From Azolla caroliniana (Eukaryota; Plantae; Polypodiophyta), in NCBI GenBank assembly GCA_043228905.1, contig JBHGNT010000015.1:8556001-8620000 (forward strand): DNA of 64,000 nucleotides. The letters are read 5' to 3'. Numbering within the stretch: position 1 is the stretch's first letter; each line of letters starts with the position of its first letter. Made by a program: the position numbers and the translations under genes. This document shows positions 62,901-64,000 of this stretch, piece by piece. The notes below the pieces were generated by a model, which made no database searches, was not told the DNA's origin, and was given only the letters and a program-made list of their open reading frames with translations.

Positions 62901-63103
62901 TCCAGTGGGAGGATGATCCGACTATTCGGAAAGCCTACAGTCGAAGAGTCGGAAAACAGGAGCCGAGTTGATGAGGAACTCGACTGAGGCCGAAACCAGA
63001 ATCGTGTAAATAGCCAACTTGGGAGACTATATTTGTAAATAGTGTAAGTGTTCGCCTCATGAGGGCTAGGTATGTAAATAACCAGAAAGTTGCGTAAGTA
63101 TAT

Positions 63104-63481
63104 TGTTGAGAGACAAGCTCAACATCGGCCGGATCGGCTGAAGAAGTCGAGGACCGGATCGGTTGGGACCGATCGGTTAGGCCGAATGCGTAAACCGGTA
63201 CGCAGACCGGTGCGTAGGTAGGGCCGGATCGGTGCGTAAACTGGGAGGCCGTTAGGAAAGATATTCCTTGAGGAATATATTTGGGAGTTACTGTGGGAGC
63301 TCTTAATGAGCATTGAAGTACTGTCAGTACTTCGGTCAGTCCTTCTAGGACTTGTATAAAAGTGTTCATTGAACACACATATGTATAGAGTGTGGTGAAT
63401 AGAGATTTTGTACTGCTGTTGAATATAGTTCTTGTTTTTCCTCTCTCACTCTCTCTGTCTCTTCCGCGTATACTGCGTTAT
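63104..63481 (+). mobile_element. LTR fragment inserted in the Copia-H 3' LTR
   Basis: Homology with the H 5' LTR stops at 63103. The new sequence starts TGTTG and has TATAAAA at ~63355. The end is uncertain. Confidence 0.6.
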
Positions 63482-63835
63482 TGTAAGTTTATGGACCTTA
63501 CGGTCGGAACAAGGAGTGCGGAATGGTCGATTATCGACGGGTAGAGGTAGACGAGGAGGAACACCACGCTCGATTTGAGCGCACCCGAATCGAAGACGAG
63601 GTAGAAGAAAGGAGAGGGAGCCGGCATGATTAGGAATAACAAAAAGGAAGAGGGATAGGGGTTTAAACACTAAGATTGGAAACATAAACACTAAAACAAG
63701 AAACATAACCCAAAAACTAACAAACATAAAATCTAAATCTAGATACATGAACCTAAAAATAAAGTAAAGGGTGGGGTAATTAGAAAGAAATTAAAAGATA
63801 GGCTTAAAGGGAGAGGGATTAACATACTAATTAAA

Positions 63836-63881
<46 letters not shown>

Positions 63882-63961
63882 AAACATAAATAAACCTAAG
63901 ATTAAAACTAAAGAGAGAGAGAGAGAGAGATTAAAACATAAATAAACCTACGATTAAAACT

Positions 63962-64000
<39 letters not shown>
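63482..64000 (-). mobile_element. Probable further LTR (reverse orientation) with (GA)n-containing tandem units
   Basis: Composition switches at TGTAAG (63482). (GA)n + TTAAAACATAAATAAACCTA repeats at 63838-64000. Confidence 0.4.

Larger units (their letters stand above)
41725..63103 (+). mobile_element. Copia-H (Copia-A family), near full-length, degenerate, with nested Gypsy-G
   Basis: 5' LTR 41725-42282. PBS at 42286-42297. gag ATG at 42311. Coding remnants at 42311-44579 and 61135-62870. PPT GAAGGGGGAG. The 3' LTR starts at 62884 and is interrupted at 63104. Confidence 0.93.

Overview
This window is a gene-free block of nested, mostly decayed LTR retrotransposons from a eukaryote, most likely a land plant; a non-seed plant such as a fern is my inference from the element types. 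I found no host genes, RNA genes or CRISPR. LTR termini, primer-binding sites (PBS), polypurine tracts (PPT) and target-site duplications (TSDs) resolve about 20 insertions. These are: several Ty1/Copia copies (tRNA-Met PBS); two Tf1/Tcn1-like chromoviral Gypsy elements (D 29998-40643, G 44580-61129); two diverged Athila-like Gypsy elements with a large extra ORF after pol (5046-13000 minus, F 46132-56238 plus); a non-autonomous tRNA-Trp-primed element; and several solo LTRs. Nesting reaches five layers. Four signals stand out. (1) A ~1.35-kb array of ~40 copies of the palindrome TAGCTAATTAGCTA, which has stop codons in all six frames, sits inside a non-autonomous Copia derivative and recurs at a second site. 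(2) The LTRs of D and G share a module: an antisense tRNA-like A/B-box segment, heat-shock elements, a TATA box and a self-priming PBS with compensatory changes; D also has a -1 frameshift signal. (3) The two Athila-like families share a ~1000-aa coiled-coil ORF3. (4) An inversion inside G is best explained by recombination between two inverted F copies. An N-gap lies at 59283-59382. All coordinates were read by eye.
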